Positions 25,011 to 36,531 are shown, numbered from the stretch's first letter. The stretch is 64,000 nt of DNA from Candidatus Latescibacterota bacterium (GCA_965204725.1 OZ242005.1:5120001-5184000), one strand, 5' to 3'. Translations and numbers: made by a program. The notes: a model not told the origin generated them from the sequence alone.

Positions 25011-25994
25011 TCAGCACACCATGCCCCGCTTGGCGCGGATGCCGTGCGCGGGCGGGTCGTCGCCGATCCAGCGCTCGTCTATGGGCTCGTGTGAGCGCTG
25101 GTAGCGCGTATCGGCCGAGAGACGAATGCGGTCCGTCTGGTTGTCTGAGCTGGCGTGTAGCAGATACATGCTGAAAACCAGCAAATCCCCCATCTGGTAC
25201 TCGGCCGTCAGCCAGCGGCCCTGTAGCTGCTCGCGCACGGCAATCGCGTCGTTAGCATAAGCCCCGGACGAGTTCCAGCGAATTTGCTCGCGTTCTTGCT
25301 TGGTCAGTTCGCGGCCCTGCTCTTGCGCGGCCGCGACGATTTGGCCTGCGGTGGGGCCGTCGTTTTCGCAAAACGCATCTACATCGGTCTGGCCGTAGCC
25401 TTGCTTTAGGGCTTCGTTTTGGTGCGACCACTCCAACACCATCAACCCCCCCATCTCGTAGGGCACGTCGCTAAAGGGCGTCCACGACGTATAGAGGGCT
25501 TTGGTTCCTCGGCCCATATAGACGATGTCGCAATGCGGGGTCGTCGCCGTATTGGTGCCCGGCTGCTTGGCGCGGAACCAAGTGTAGTCGTAATGCCGGA
25601 CCGGGCCGCCTAAGAAGAACTCGTAAAAGGCCATCATCGGGCCGTCGTATAAGACCTTGTCTAGGGCCGGGTTGTTGCGCGCCAAAATGGGCATAAACGG
25701 GCCTGTGGCCGCCGGATTGACCGTCTTGCCCGTGGCGACTACGCCTTCCAGGGGCGGGTGCGCCGGGTCTAGCACCCCGAATTTGCAGAGGCGATCGCAC
25801 AATGCGGCCCGCGCCACCAACACTTCGCGCCGGTCCAAATGCTGCGGCAAAAACAAATACCCGTCTTCTTCCATCCGCTCCCAGAGCGCGTCCCGATCGT
25901 CGGTTATGTCATCCGAGCGGCGGAGCTCGCCTACTTGATCTCTGGCGATCGGCTCGCCGCTATACGTGAGTTGAGGTATGGCTGCGGTAGTCAT
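25011..25994 (-). CDS. Phytanoyl-CoA dioxygenase family (2OG-Fe(II)) protein
   Basis: DGYLFL, HxD in TPHCDIVYMG, WTPF, GGLMVL, GDLLVF...LHAS, RLSADTRY; start at MTTAAIP. Confidence 0.85.
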   Translation of the reverse strand: MTTAAIPQLTYSGEPIARDQVGELRRSDDITDDRDALWERMEEDGYLFLPQHLDRREVLVARAALCDRLCKFGVLDPAHPPLEGVVATGKTVNPAATGPFMPILARNNPALDKVLYDGPMMAFYEFFLGGPVRHYDYTWFRAKQPGTNTATTPHCDIVYMGRGTKALYTSWTPFSDVPYEMGGLMVLEWSHQNEALKQGYGQTDVDAFCENDGPTAGQIVAAAQEQGRELTKQEREQIRWNSSGAYANDAIAVREQLQGRWLTAEYQMGDLLVFSMYLLHASSDNQTDRIRLSADTRYQRSHEPIDERWIGDDPPAHGIRAKRGMVC

Positions 25995-26142
25995 CTGTCG
26001 TCCTTTCTGGTATGGCTGGCCCTCGCAAGCAAACACCCGCAGTGATTGATATAAAGTGGCCGAGCTATTACATTTATAAGCACCCCAATTTTGCATCCCC
26101 CGCGTTTTATAAGTCCTGTCCGCTTTTTGATCGGAAGAAACA

Positions 26143-27270
26143 ATGTACATCCGCTCGCTGTGTGTCGCCCTATGTCTGTCGTATGTACCGCTGCACGCCG
26201 CTGTCTTCAACCCCGGCCCGAACCCACCGTATGCCGCCGCCATTTTGCTCGAAGCCGAAAGCGGTGCGGTGCTATTTGCCCACAATCCAGATTTGCAGCG
26301 CTCGCCCGCCAGCACCCTCAAGCTGATGCTCGAGCTGGTGGTCATGGACTTGGTCAAAGCCGATAAGATCGCGCTAGACGACCCGATCCGAGCCTCGCGT
26401 CGCGCCGCCCGAACCGGCGGCTCTCAGGTCTATCTAGCGCAGGGCGAAGTCTTTACGCTGGAGCAGCTCATGGAGGCGGTCGTCATTGTCTCGGCCAACG
26501 ACGCCTGCGTCGCCATCGCCGAGCACGTGGGCGGCTCAACCGAGAGCTTCGTCGATCTGATGAACAGCCGCGCCCAAAGCCTCGGCTTGGACCACACGCG
26601 CTACGTGAACGTCCACGGTCTCGACGATACTCCGCGCAACAACCGCAACATTACTACGGCCCGCGACCTGTCCAAAGTTGCCCAAGCGCTCTTGGCGTAC
26701 CCCGAAATTTTGGCTTGGTCCTCCATTCGCTACAAGCCGTTCCGCAACGGCAAATTCATACTCCGCGCCACCAACAAACTTTTGGGGCGGTTCCGGGGAG
26801 CGGACGGGTTTAAGACCGGCTATACCCGACGCGCTGGATATTGTCTAGTCGCCACGGCCCAGCGCCACGAGATGCGCCTGATCTCGGTGATCTTGGGTGC
26901 TCCATCCGCGCGCGTCCGCACCCGGGAGACCAGTCGCCTATTGAGCTGGGGCTTCAATAGTTTCTCGCGCGTACCTCTCGTCAAAACCGGCGAACTAATG
27001 GGCAAGGTCGTGCTCGACTGGGGTATAGAGCCAGAGGTGCGCGTTTTGGCCCAAGACACCGTAGTCGCCGTGCTCACCCCCGAACAAGAGCAACAGGTCG
27101 TTCGCCACCTCGATCTGCCCGAGGAACTGCCAGCGCCGGTCGATGCCGGCGACGAACTGGGCAAGCTCAGGGTCTCGCTGGGCGATAGCCTCTTGGCCGT
27201 AGTGCCCATCCGCGCTGAAAAGAGCATCGGCCGCATGGGGATTTGGGACAAACTAATGACGTATTTTTAA
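26143..27270 (+). CDS. D-alanyl-D-alanine carboxypeptidase (S11, DacA/DacF-like)
   Basis: PASTLK (SxxK), SAN, HGL, KTGYT; signal peptide; PBP5-like C-terminal domain. Confidence 0.93.
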   Translation: MYIRSLCVALCLSYVPLHAAVFNPGPNPPYAAAILLEAESGAVLFAHNPDLQRSPASTLKLMLELVVMDLVKADKIALDDPIRASRRAARTGGSQVYLAQGEVFTLEQLMEAVVIVSANDACVAIAEHVGGSTESFVDLMNSRAQSLGLDHTRYVNVHGLDDTPRNNRNITTARDLSKVAQALLAYPEILAWSSIRYKPFRNGKFILRATNKLLGRFRGADGFKTGYTRRAGYCLVATAQRHEMRLISVILGAPSARVRTRETSRLLSWGFNSFSRVPLVKTGELMGKVVLDWGIEPEVRVLAQDTVVAVLTPEQEQQVVRHLDLPEELPAPVDAGDELGKLRVSLGDSLLAVVPIRAEKSIGRMGIWDKLMTYF

Positions 27271-27309
27271 GCGGAGGTGATGGGCATTTTGATCTCCGCT
27301 CGCGCAACC

Positions 27310-27338
27310 TTGACGCTGTTGGGGGGCCGGGATATATT
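27310..27338 (+). promoter_or_regulatory. tRNA promoter
   Basis: TTGACG-N17-TATATT. Confidence 0.6.
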
Positions 27339-27366
27339 ATTGGCCCGTCAGCAATTAGGCAACATG

Positions 27367-27443
27367 GGGCGATTAGCTCAGCTGGCTAGAGCGCCTGCTT
27401 GACATGCAGGAGGTCACTAGTTCAAGTCTAGTATCGCCCACCA
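27367..27443 (+). tRNA. tRNA-Val(GAC)
   Basis: Acceptor GGGCGAT/ATCGCCC plus ACCA; anticodon arm CCTGC-TT GAC AT-GCAGG; T loop TTCAAGT. Confidence 0.95.
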
Positions 27444-27449
27444 TCTTCT

Positions 27450-27478
27450 AAGCCCCTGATTTTTCAGGGGCTTTTTTA
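27450..27478 (+). terminator. Intrinsic terminator after tRNA-Val
   Basis: AAGCCCCTGA-loop-TCAGGGGCTT followed by a T run. Confidence 0.8.
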
Positions 27479-27534
27479 TGTTCTGTTGGTTTTGCAGCGG
27501 GGCTGGATCTCTTTGAGTCAACCGAGGTTTATCA

Positions 27535-28089
27535 TCAGGGCTGGGAAAGCCTGAAGGACGCGAAAAATCGCTCGATGTCCGCAGGGTCGTCAAACGCATG
27601 GGGGGATCCGACCGCCATTAAGCTGTAGAGCCGCTGGCCTACCTGTAGGCTCTGCAATCGCAGGAGGCTTTGGTCCGTAGCTTGGATCTGCGTCTGCCAA
27701 GCGGGATGCCCGTCCATCTCAACGGCGGCTTCCGACAGGACCGTCCCCTCGACCTTCTGCAAGATGGCATCTCGACGGGCGGCAATCGCGCTATCGGCGT
27801 GGACGGCCTCGGGCACATCTCCGTAGGCAACGGCGTATTGCACGTCGGCGCGCTCGAACATCAGGTATTGGAACTCTACCTCGCCAAAGGGCAACGGCTC
27901 GCGCAACTTGCGCAGATTGGGCCGCCCGGCCATCTGCACGGCGAAGGCCCCGGCCTCATAGGTCCGCTCCTCCCATTCCGGTGCGCCGCGCACCCAATTG
28001 GCGATGTTGTAGGCGACAATGGCCCCTAGGACGACGAAGAAGAGCTTGACGGACCAGAGGTCCGTTTTGGTTTTAGGCTCGCGGCCCAT
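27535..28089 (-). CDS. Hypothetical membrane-anchored protein
   Basis: Start at MGREPK; N-terminal TM segment; C-terminal RLY.L....FF.SF pattern seen in PsbP-like periplasmic proteins. Confidence 0.6.
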   Translation of the reverse strand: MGREPKTKTDLWSVKLFFVVLGAIVAYNIANWVRGAPEWEERTYEAGAFAVQMAGRPNLRKLREPLPFGEVEFQYLMFERADVQYAVAYGDVPEAVHADSAIAARRDAILQKVEGTVLSEAAVEMDGHPAWQTQIQATDQSLLRLQSLQVGQRLYSLMAVGSPHAFDDPADIERFFASFRLSQP

Positions 28090-28093
28090 TGGC

Positions 28094-28912
28094 TTAGGCC
28101 AGCCCCAGCCTTTCTTCGGCGCTGTCTGCTGGAATATAGCCCAAGACCTCGCGCGGATGGTCGATATCGACCCAACGCCAGCGGTTGTTGGACACGCCGT
28201 AGAAAATATCAAAGCGCAAGTCTGCGGGGGCCTTGATTGCGCGCTGCACGAGCTGCACCACGTCGCGCTGGCTACACCAGATGGCACCGCCCCGCTCGTC
28301 GCGCGGGTGGTCCTCGGCATTGACCCAGCCGATGCGCAGACAGGGCACTGACATATTGTGTACGTCGGCGTAGTAGCGCGCTAGTGCCTCGCCCCAAATT
28401 TTAGTCGCCGGATAGAGGCCCGTCGGGCGATGCGGCCATTCGTGAGTCACGAACTGGACCTGACTGGCATCGACCGCGTCGAAGCGCCCTTCGGAGATTG
28501 CCTTGTACGGGTCGTCCTGCTGGTAGCCCCAAGACACCATGATCGAGCTAGCCAAGACCACGCGCCCGACGCTAGCGCGGCGCGCGGCCTCTAGCACATT
28601 GCGCGGCCCGATGATATTGCTGCCGAGCAGGCTCTCCCAACTGGCGTCTGGGCGCGGGTCGGCCGCTAGTTGCACGATCACGTCCATGCCTTCAACGGCT
28701 TGGGCGACTGCGTTGTAGTCGGTTAGGTCTGCGAGGGAAAGTTTTTCTTGGGGAATTTTCAACGCGGCGTCTTTGGGTGCGCGCGCCGAAGGCTGGAACC
28801 GCCGAGCTAGGCCATAGAGGTCGTAGCGGTCGGGTTGGGTGTTCAGGTGCTGATACACGGCACTGGCGATTAGGCCATAGACGCCGGTGATTAAGACTTT
28901 CTTGGGGGCCAT
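28094..28912 (-). CDS. NAD-dependent epimerase/dehydratase (uronate dehydrogenase-like)
   Basis: VLITGVYGLIA, ASS, YPATK, LRIG, FYGVSNN; start at MAPKK. Confidence 0.85.
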   Translation of the reverse strand: MAPKKVLITGVYGLIASAVYQHLNTQPDRYDLYGLARRFQPSARAPKDAALKIPQEKLSLADLTDYNAVAQAVEGMDVIVQLAADPRPDASWESLLGSNIIGPRNVLEAARRASVGRVVLASSIMVSWGYQQDDPYKAISEGRFDAVDASQVQFVTHEWPHRPTGLYPATKIWGEALARYYADVHNMSVPCLRIGWVNAEDHPRDERGGAIWCSQRDVVQLVQRAIKAPADLRFDIFYGVSNNRWRWVDIDHPREVLGYIPADSAEERLGLA

Positions 28913-29478
28913 TGCTCTGGTGCTCCTCTGGTGGGTTCGATGGCGGCGATGTGGTGCAGGGCGCGGTAGTGCTGGTCGCAATCCATGCCGTAGCCGACGA
29001 CGAACGCGTCTTCAATTTCAAAACCACAGTAATCTATGGGCACTGGAAACTCTCTGCGAGCGCGCTTGTTGAGCAGCGTACATGCTCTGAGCGAACGGGG
29101 TTGCCGCGGCGCGATCATGGCCATCACAAAATCTAGGGATCGTCCCGTATCGACGATGCCATCGACGACAAGCACATCCCGGCCGGCCACGGCCACGACG
29201 AGGTCTTTGGCCTGCTCAACCTGCCCGGTGTTCTCTGTGCCTTGATAGCTCGAAACATCGACGAAGTCGTAGTCCAACCGCGCCAACAGTTCCTCGGGCA
29301 GGCGGTTTAGCAGGGCCATCATAAACTGCACTGCTCCGTTGAGGAGGCCGATAAATAAGGGGGCCGCCCCAGCGTAGTCGAGGGCTAGTAGCTCGGCCAA
29401 CTCGTCAATGCGCCGCTCTACTTGCTGGCGCTCGATCAGCACCTTTAAGACCGGGGTTTCCAGCGGACTGCAAGGCAT
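28891..29478 (-). CDS. hpt: Hypoxanthine phosphoribosyltransferase
   Basis: GLLNGA, VSSY, VLVVDGIVDTG PRPP motif, FVVGYGMD; promoter TTGCAA-N16-TATAAT. Confidence 0.9.
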   Translation of the reverse strand: MPCSPLETPVLKVLIERQQVERRIDELAELLALDYAGAAPLFIGLLNGAVQFMMALLNRLPEELLARLDYDFVDVSSYQGTENTGQVEQAKDLVVAVAGRDVLVVDGIVDTGRSLDFVMAMIAPRQPRSLRACTLLNKRARREFPVPIDYCGFEIEDAFVVGYGMDCDQHYRALHHIAAIEPTRGAPEQWPPRKS

Positions 29479-29550
29479 ACCTCTGATTATACGGCTTGGG
29501 CTATTCTTTGCAAAACGCGGCCGGGCCTTCAGAGCCAGCGGAAAGTAATC

Positions 29551-29814
29551 TCAGGCGGCTTGACGGGTGTTGTGTGGCATTTCCCGGCCCCGATTCAGGA
29601 GGGCCTCGGCGGGGATGCTGGGGTGCTCGGGCACCTTCAGAGCGGTAGCCGCAACCAAGGCACTCAGCTCGTCGGCACTCGACAGGTCGAGATCACCGCG
29701 CTGGTAGGCGGCGTCGATGTGCCCGCACAACAACTCTAAGTCGGCCCAAGAGCGGGCTTGCCCAATGCGCGCCTGCAAGGGGATGGCCGTGGGGCTTAGT
29801 CTGGCAGTCTGCAT
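29551..29814 (-). CDS. Small hypothetical protein downstream of recA
   Basis: 87-aa ORF with strong SD AAGGAGGT. Confidence 0.65.
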   Translation of the reverse strand: MQTARLSPTAIPLQARIGQARSWADLELLCGHIDAAYQRGDLDLSSADELSALVAATALKVPEHPSIPAEALLNRGREMPHNTRQAA

Positions 29815-29926
29815 GATTTTACCTCCTTGGGGGAGTTAAGGAGAACGCGCGGGTGCGAGGTGCTGGGGCCACTTTGGCGTGGGGTTTCCAGCAGCCTTGG
29901 CACCTCGACCCGCGAGTGCATAGAGG

Positions 29927-31042
<1,116 letters not shown>

Positions 31043-31086
31043 GATTTCCTCCTCGCGTGTCCTATGAGATATGTAGCACACCGCCA

Positions 31087-31126
31087 ACCTGAACAAAAAG
31101 ATAGTGAAGTAATGTTCAGGTGTCAA
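31087..31126 (-). promoter_or_regulatory. recA promoter with inverted repeat / candidate SOS operator
   Basis: TTGACA-N17-TATCTT; perfect inverted repeat ACCTGAACA-N17-TGTTCAGGT (31087-31121). Confidence 0.7.
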
Positions 31127-31138
31127 GATTTTTTTAAT

Positions 31139-31178
31139 TGAAGCGGATTAAGCTACTCTGAAGCGGATTAAGCTACTC
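31139..31178. repeat. Perfect 20-bp tandem duplication
   Basis: TGAAGCGGATTAAGCTACTC occurs twice in tandem. Confidence 0.9.
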
Positions 31179-31319
31179 TACCCGTTTATAACAAATATCG
31201 TGCCAAACGGCAAGAATACGCGCAACTTATTGTTTTATGTTAGGTTATAAAGAATGAAGGGGATGCTGCGAAAAGCAAAATGTGGGAACTGGGAGAAACA
31301 GGACTGTAAAAAAAAGGGA

Positions 31320-32693
31320 CTAGCTCGCGCCCAGTGCGAGTGCTTCAACCGCCTCCATCCCCCCTATCCCGACCACCTCCATCTCGGCCGGCCGCTTCCA
31401 CCCCTGTAGGTTGCTCCGCGCAACTAAACACCGCTCAAACCCCAAACTCCGCGCCTCAACCACCCGCCGGTCAATCTGGTTCACCGGCCGGATCTCCCCC
31501 CCCAACCCGATCTCGCCAATGGTCACGGTCTGTGCGTCAATGGGCTTGTTGCGGAAGCTCGAGACAATCGCCAGCCCCACCCCCATGTCCACGGCCGGCT
31601 CGTCGAGGCGAATACCCCCTACGACATTGACGAAGATGTCCTCGCCCGACAGGTCGTGGCCGCAGCGCTTTTCGAGCACCGCGATGATAATCGAGAGCCG
31701 CTTGGCGTCAATGCCGGTGGCCACCCGCTGCGGATAACCAAAACTAGAGCGCGAGACGAGGGCCTGAATTTCGATCAAGAGCGGCCGAGTGCCCTCCATG
31801 CTACAGACGATGGCCGAACCCGACACGCCCTCAGCGCGCTCGGCCAGCAGAATTTTGGAGGGGTTGGCGACCTCTATTAGCCCTTGGTCTCGCATCTCAA
31901 AAATCCCGATCTCGTTGGTTGAACCAAAGCGATTTTTGGCGGCGCGCAGGATGCGGAAGTGGTGGTGTCGCTCGCCCTCTAAATAGAGCACGGTATCGAC
32001 TAAGTGCTCCAGCACTCGCGGCCCGGCGACCGTGCCTTCTTTTGTCACGTGGCCGACCAAAAACGTGGGAATGCCGCTCTCTTTGGCCAAATAGACCAGC
32101 CGCGCCGCGCATTCGCGCACTTGGGTCACGCTGCCGGGTGCGCTCTCCAACTCAGGCATGTAAATGGTCTGGATCGAATCGATGACGATGACCAGCGGGC
32201 TGGCCGATTGCAACTGGTCGAGAATGGCCGCGAGGCTCGTCTCGGCCATCACGTGCAGGCTTTCACACAACGCGCCCAAGCGCCCGGCGCGCAGGCGGAT
32301 CTGCGCGGCCGACTCCTCGGCGGAGATGTACGCGATGCGAAGATCAGAGGCCGCTAGCTGGCCGGCCATTTGCAACAGGAGTGTCGATTTGCCAATGCCG
32401 GGATCGCCGCCGACTAATACGACCGAACCGGGCATGATGCCGCCGCCCAAGACCCGGTCAAACTCAGAGATACCGATTGACAGCCGCTCGTGGTCTTGGT
32501 CGTCAACTTGGGTGATGGGCTGTAGTTGGGAGCGCGGCGACACCGCTAGATGCTCGCGCCGGCTGTCGGCTGCTTGGGGCCGCTCTTCGACGCAGGTGTT
32601 CCACTCGCCGCAGGCCACGCAGCGCCCAAACCAGCGCACGGCACTGTGCCCGCAGGACTGGCAGACGTAAGTGGAGCGGTTCTTTTTAGCCAT
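31320..32693 (-). CDS. radA: DNA repair protein RadA/Sms
   Basis: C4 zinc finger, GDPGIGKST, KNRFG, Lon-like C-terminus. Confidence 0.97.
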   Translation of the reverse strand: MAKKNRSTYVCQSCGHSAVRWFGRCVACGEWNTCVEERPQAADSRREHLAVSPRSQLQPITQVDDQDHERLSIGISEFDRVLGGGIMPGSVVLVGGDPGIGKSTLLLQMAGQLAASDLRIAYISAEESAAQIRLRAGRLGALCESLHVMAETSLAAILDQLQSASPLVIVIDSIQTIYMPELESAPGSVTQVRECAARLVYLAKESGIPTFLVGHVTKEGTVAGPRVLEHLVDTVLYLEGERHHHFRILRAAKNRFGSTNEIGIFEMRDQGLIEVANPSKILLAERAEGVSGSAIVCSMEGTRPLLIEIQALVSRSSFGYPQRVATGIDAKRLSIIIAVLEKRCGHDLSGEDIFVNVVGGIRLDEPAVDMGVGLAIVSSFRNKPIDAQTVTIGEIGLGGEIRPVNQIDRRVVEARSLGFERCLVARSNLQGWKRPAEMEVVGIGGMEAVEALALGAS

Positions 32694-32696
32694 GCC

Positions 32697-33569
32697 TCAA
32701 CTCGCCTGAGCAGTCATCTGCGCGACGACGACTCGGGGGATTTGGTTTAAGTCTGGCCTTATCTGGACCGCGGTCAAGCGTTCTGAGCGCGTGAGTAGAT
32801 CCGCTACGGCTGCGCTTTGGCCGTCCCCTACCTCTAGCAGTAGATAGCCTCCGGGGCGCATGAAGTCGGCGGCCTCCTGTGCGATGCGGCGGTGGTACGC
32901 CAAGCCATCCTCGCCCCCGTCTAGCGCGAGATGAGGCTCGTAGTCGCGAACTTCCGGCGCCAGTTGCGCCAAGTCGCCGCGGCGCACATACGGCGGGTTC
33001 GCCGCGACGAGGTCAAAAGGCTCGGTGCCGCAAAGGGGGGCGAACAGGTCGCCGCAGTGCCACTCGACGCGCCCGGCTAGCCCGCAGCGCTGGCCGTTGG
33101 CCTTGGCTGCTTCTAAAGCCGTGGCCGATACGTCGGCGGCCACCACTTCGGCCGCGGCCGCCTCTTGGGCCAGCGACAGGGCGACCGCTCCTGAGCCGCA
33201 ACACAGGTCGAGAACCCGGCCGCCCTCGGGCAAAAGCTCCAAGGCCACCTCGACGAGTACTTCGGTCTCGGGGCGCGGGATCAACACCGCAGGCGTCACG
33301 GCCAACTCTAGATGGCGAAAGGCCGCCACGCCCGTGATGTACTGCACAGGTACGCGCTGCAACCGCTGACGCACGTATTCCCGATAGCGATCCACTTCGC
33401 TGGGGTGCAAAGGGCGGTCAAATTGCAGGTAGAGATCGAGGCGTTTGACGCCGAGCACCGCGGCGAGCAGCAGCTCTGCTTGTAGGCGGGCGTTTTCCAA
33501 CCCCTTGGCCGCGAAGAACCGGCTCGTGTTTTCGAGGATGTCGAGCAGCCGCCAAGCGCGCCCGCTCAT
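32697..33569 (-). CDS. prmC: Release factor glutamine methyltransferase
   Basis: LIPRPETE, DLCCGSG, NPPY; follows prfA. Confidence 0.96.
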   Translation of the reverse strand: MSGRAWRLLDILENTSRFFAAKGLENARLQAELLLAAVLGVKRLDLYLQFDRPLHPSEVDRYREYVRQRLQRVPVQYITGVAAFRHLELAVTPAVLIPRPETEVLVEVALELLPEGGRVLDLCCGSGAVALSLAQEAAAAEVVAADVSATALEAAKANGQRCGLAGRVEWHCGDLFAPLCGTEPFDLVAANPPYVRRGDLAQLAPEVRDYEPHLALDGGEDGLAYHRRIAQEAADFMRPGGYLLLEVGDGQSAAVADLLTRSERLTAVQIRPDLNQIPRVVVAQMTAQAS

Positions 33570-34642
33570 AGGGCTGACGCCAGCGCGTCCTGCTGAGATG
33601 CGAGGGCTAATTGATCTATGAATTTTTCAAAATCGCCATCGAGGACTTCCTCTAGACGATAGAGGGACAGGCCAATGCGGTGATCGGTAACTCGGCCCTG
33701 CGGGAAGTTGTAGGTGCGAATTTTCGCGCTGCGGTCACCGGAGCCGATCTGGCCCGCGCGGGCGGCGTCGCGGGTGGCCTTTTGCTCGGCCTGCAATTTG
33801 TCGTAGAGCCGAGCGCGGAGAACCTTCAGCGCCTTGTTCTTGTTCTTTAGCTGCGACTTCTCGTCTTGGCAGGAGACGATAAGGCCCGTTGGGACATGGG
33901 TGATTTTCACGGCCGAATCCGTGGTGTTGACGCTTTGGCCGCCGGGGCCACTGGAGCGGTACACTTCGATTTTCAAATCCTCGGGGGCGATCGCCACCTC
34001 CACGTCCTCGGCTTCGGACAAGACCGCCACCGAAGCCGCCGACGTGTGAATCCGGCCCGAAGCCTCGGTTTTGGGAACCCGCTGGACGCGGTGTACCCCG
34101 CTCTCAAACTTGAGCTGGCCGAAGGCGTCCGCGCCCGAAACCAAGAACACCACCTCCTTAAAGCCGCCGGCCGGATTCTGACTTGAAGAAAGCTCCTCGG
34201 TTTTTAGGCCCTTGCGCTCGGCAAAGCGGTGGTACATGCGGTACAGGTCGCTGGCGAACAGCCCGGCTTCGTCGCCGCCCGTGCCGGCGCGGATCTCGAC
34301 GATGGCGTTGCGGCTGTCGTTGGGATCTTTGGGGATCAGCAGCAGTTTGAGTGTTTCTTCTAGCTGCGCGACTTGTCCTTGGAGTTGGTCGCATTCGGCT
34401 ACGGCCAATTCGACTAGCTCAGCGTCGCTGCCGTCGGCGATGATTTCCTTGGTCTCTGCGAGCTGTTCCAGCGCGGCGCGGTACTGGCCCGCTCTATCTA
34501 CCACTTCCTGCAAGTCGCCCATGTCCCGCGCCAGCTTCTGGTACTGAGCCGGGTTTTGGCTGGTAGCCGGGTCGGCCATAAGGGCGCTTAGTTCCTCGTA
34601 GCGCTGCTCGTATTCGCGCAATTTATCTAGCACGACCACCAC
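33566..34642 (-). CDS. prfA: Peptide chain release factor 1
   Basis: GTGGDEA, PKT tripeptide, GGQ motif. Confidence 0.97.
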   Translation of the reverse strand: MVVVLDKLREYEQRYEELSALMADPATSQNPAQYQKLARDMGDLQEVVDRAGQYRAALEQLAETKEIIADGSDAELVELAVAECDQLQGQVAQLEETLKLLLIPKDPNDSRNAIVEIRAGTGGDEAGLFASDLYRMYHRFAERKGLKTEELSSSQNPAGGFKEVVFLVSGADAFGQLKFESGVHRVQRVPKTEASGRIHTSAASVAVLSEAEDVEVAIAPEDLKIEVYRSSGPGGQSVNTTDSAVKITHVPTGLIVSCQDEKSQLKNKNKALKVLRARLYDKLQAEQKATRDAARAGQIGSGDRSAKIRTYNFPQGRVTDHRIGLSLYRLEEVLDGDFEKFIDQLALASQQDALASAL

Positions 34643-34663
34643 CTCTTTGCGCGGACTGAAGCG

Positions 34664-34921
34664 CTAGGCTTGCGTACTGGTGCCGTAGCGGCGGTTGAAC
34701 TGGTCGATGCGCCCACCGCGATCCATGATTTGCTGACGCTTGCCTGTGTAGAAGGGATGCGACGCCGAGCTGATTTCGACCCGAATCACCGGATAGGAAT
34801 TCCCGTCTTCCCACTCCATCGTCTCTTTGGACGTCATCGTCGAACGCGACAGTATCTTGAAGTCACAGCTAGTGTCGAGAAAAATGACCGTTTGGTACGG
34901 GGGATGCATGGCTTTTTGCAC
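34664..34921 (-). CDS. rpmE2: 50S ribosomal protein L31, type B (zinc-free)
   Basis: [26 protein letters not shown]; lacks CxxC pairs. Confidence 0.92.
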   Translation of the reverse strand: MQKAMHPPYQTVIFLDTSCDFKILSRSTMTSKETMEWEDGNSYPVIRVEISSASHPFYTGKRQQIMDRGGRIDQFNRRYGTSTQA

Positions 34922-34963
34922 CTTTGCCCTCCTCTCTTTTTTGTTAATAAAAAACCAAGGTGG

Positions 34964-36238
34964 CTAGTCGTTCATGGCCTTGAGGAATTCCTCGTTGGAT
35001 TCCGTGCCCTGCATGCGCTCTTGGAGGAACTCCATGCCCTCAATGACTCCCATCTGGTTGAGTATGCGGCGCAGCACCCACGAGCGGTTCAATTCAAACT
35101 CCGTGAGCAGTAGCTCTTCTTTGCGGGTGCTCGTCGCCGTCACGTCAACGGCCGGATAGACGCGGCGGTTGCTCAGCCGGCGGTCTAGCTGCACCTGCAT
35201 ATTGCCCGTGCCTTTGAATTCTTCAAAGATCACTTCGTCCATGCGACTCCCGGTCTCGACCAAGGCCGTGGCGATAATCGTCAGGCTGCCGCCTTCTTCG
35301 AGGTTGCGGGCTGCGGCGAAAAAACGGCGCGGCCACTGCAAAGCCGTCGAGTCAACGCCGCCGGAGAGAATCCGGCCCGAGTGCGGCGTCACCGTATTGT
35401 AGGCCCGCGCCAAGCGCGTGATGCTGTCGAGCAGGACGACCACATCCCGCTTGTGCTCGACTAGACGCCGAGCCTTCTCGATCACCATGTCCGCCACTTG
35501 CACGTGCCGCGTAGCCGACTCGTCAAAGGTCGAACTGACGACTTCGCCCTTTACCGAACGCAGCATATCCGTGACTTCCTCGGGGCGTTCGTCAATGAGC
35601 AAGACGATGAGAATCGCTTCGGGATGGTTGGTGGTAATGGCGTTGGCGACCTTTTGCAGAAGCATGGTTTTGCCGGTGAAAGGCGGTGCTACGATTAGGC
35701 CGCGCTGCCCCTTGCCGATGGGCGAGAGCAAGTCGAGAATCCGCGTCGTCATGTCCTTGGGATTGTGTTCCAGCTTGAAGCGATCCGTGGGATGCAAGGC
35801 CGTCAGGTTCTCAAAGATCGTCTTGTTCTTGGTGACTTCTGGATCGTCGAAGTTGATGGCCTCAACTCGCAGCAGTGCAAAGTACTTCTCGTCGTTTTTC
35901 GGCGGGCGGATCTGACCGGAGATCGTGTCGCCCGTGCGCAGGCTAAAGCGCTTGATCTGCGAGTGGGAAACGTAGATGTCGTCGGGGCCGGGCAAGTAGT
36001 TATAGCTCGGCGAGCGGAGAAAGCCGAATCCTTCTTCCAACACCTCCAAAGTGCCTTGGGCAAAAATCAGCCCACTGCGCTCGGTCTGGTGCTTGAGGAT
36101 GGAGAAGATCAACTCCTGTTTGCGCAAAGAGGTGCTATCTACAACTTCCAATTTCTTGGCCAGCTCTTGGAGGGCCAAGATGTTCATGCGCTGGAGTTCG
36201 ACAATATTCATTTTCTGCGTTCTATTGACAGGCGGCAT
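34964..36238 (-). CDS. rho: Transcription termination factor Rho
   Basis: [40 protein letters not shown]; start could alternatively be TTG 36283. Confidence 0.97.
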   Translation of the reverse strand: MPPVNRTQKMNIVELQRMNILALQELAKKLEVVDSTSLRKQELIFSILKHQTERSGLIFAQGTLEVLEEGFGFLRSPSYNYLPGPDDIYVSHSQIKRFSLRTGDTISGQIRPPKNDEKYFALLRVEAINFDDPEVTKNKTIFENLTALHPTDRFKLEHNPKDMTTRILDLLSPIGKGQRGLIVAPPFTGKTMLLQKVANAITTNHPEAILIVLLIDERPEEVTDMLRSVKGEVVSSTFDESATRHVQVADMVIEKARRLVEHKRDVVVLLDSITRLARAYNTVTPHSGRILSGGVDSTALQWPRRFFAAARNLEEGGSLTIIATALVETGSRMDEVIFEEFKGTGNMQVQLDRRLSNRRVYPAVDVTATSTRKEELLLTEFELNRSWVLRRILNQMGVIEGMEFLQERMQGTESNEEFLKAMND

Positions 36239-36531
36239 CTCTTCCTTGCGACCTTTCTTGCGGTTAAAGTTGTAGGTTCTCAAAGCGGATATCTGGTTTG
36301 AGGCGGCACTAGCAGTACCATGGGCTATTGCGAGGATTGGATGTTAAAAGCGGTAGTACCGCTAAGACACTAAAACCTAGAATAGAGTATGCCGTATCTC
36401 GGCAAAATTCTTTAATCGCTCAGGAGGTCTATCGCGAAGAATATATCTAAAGCTAAAGGGAGAGTGGAATTTCAAGCGGAATAAACCGCTGAGGTATTTG
36501 CTTGGAAAAGGAGAGGTGTGAAAGAGTTTAG

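Noticed and set aside
29848-29914. SRP RNA or other known ncRNA
   Set aside because: Lacks the SRP domain IV GNRA-loop arrangement; kept only as an unassigned hairpin
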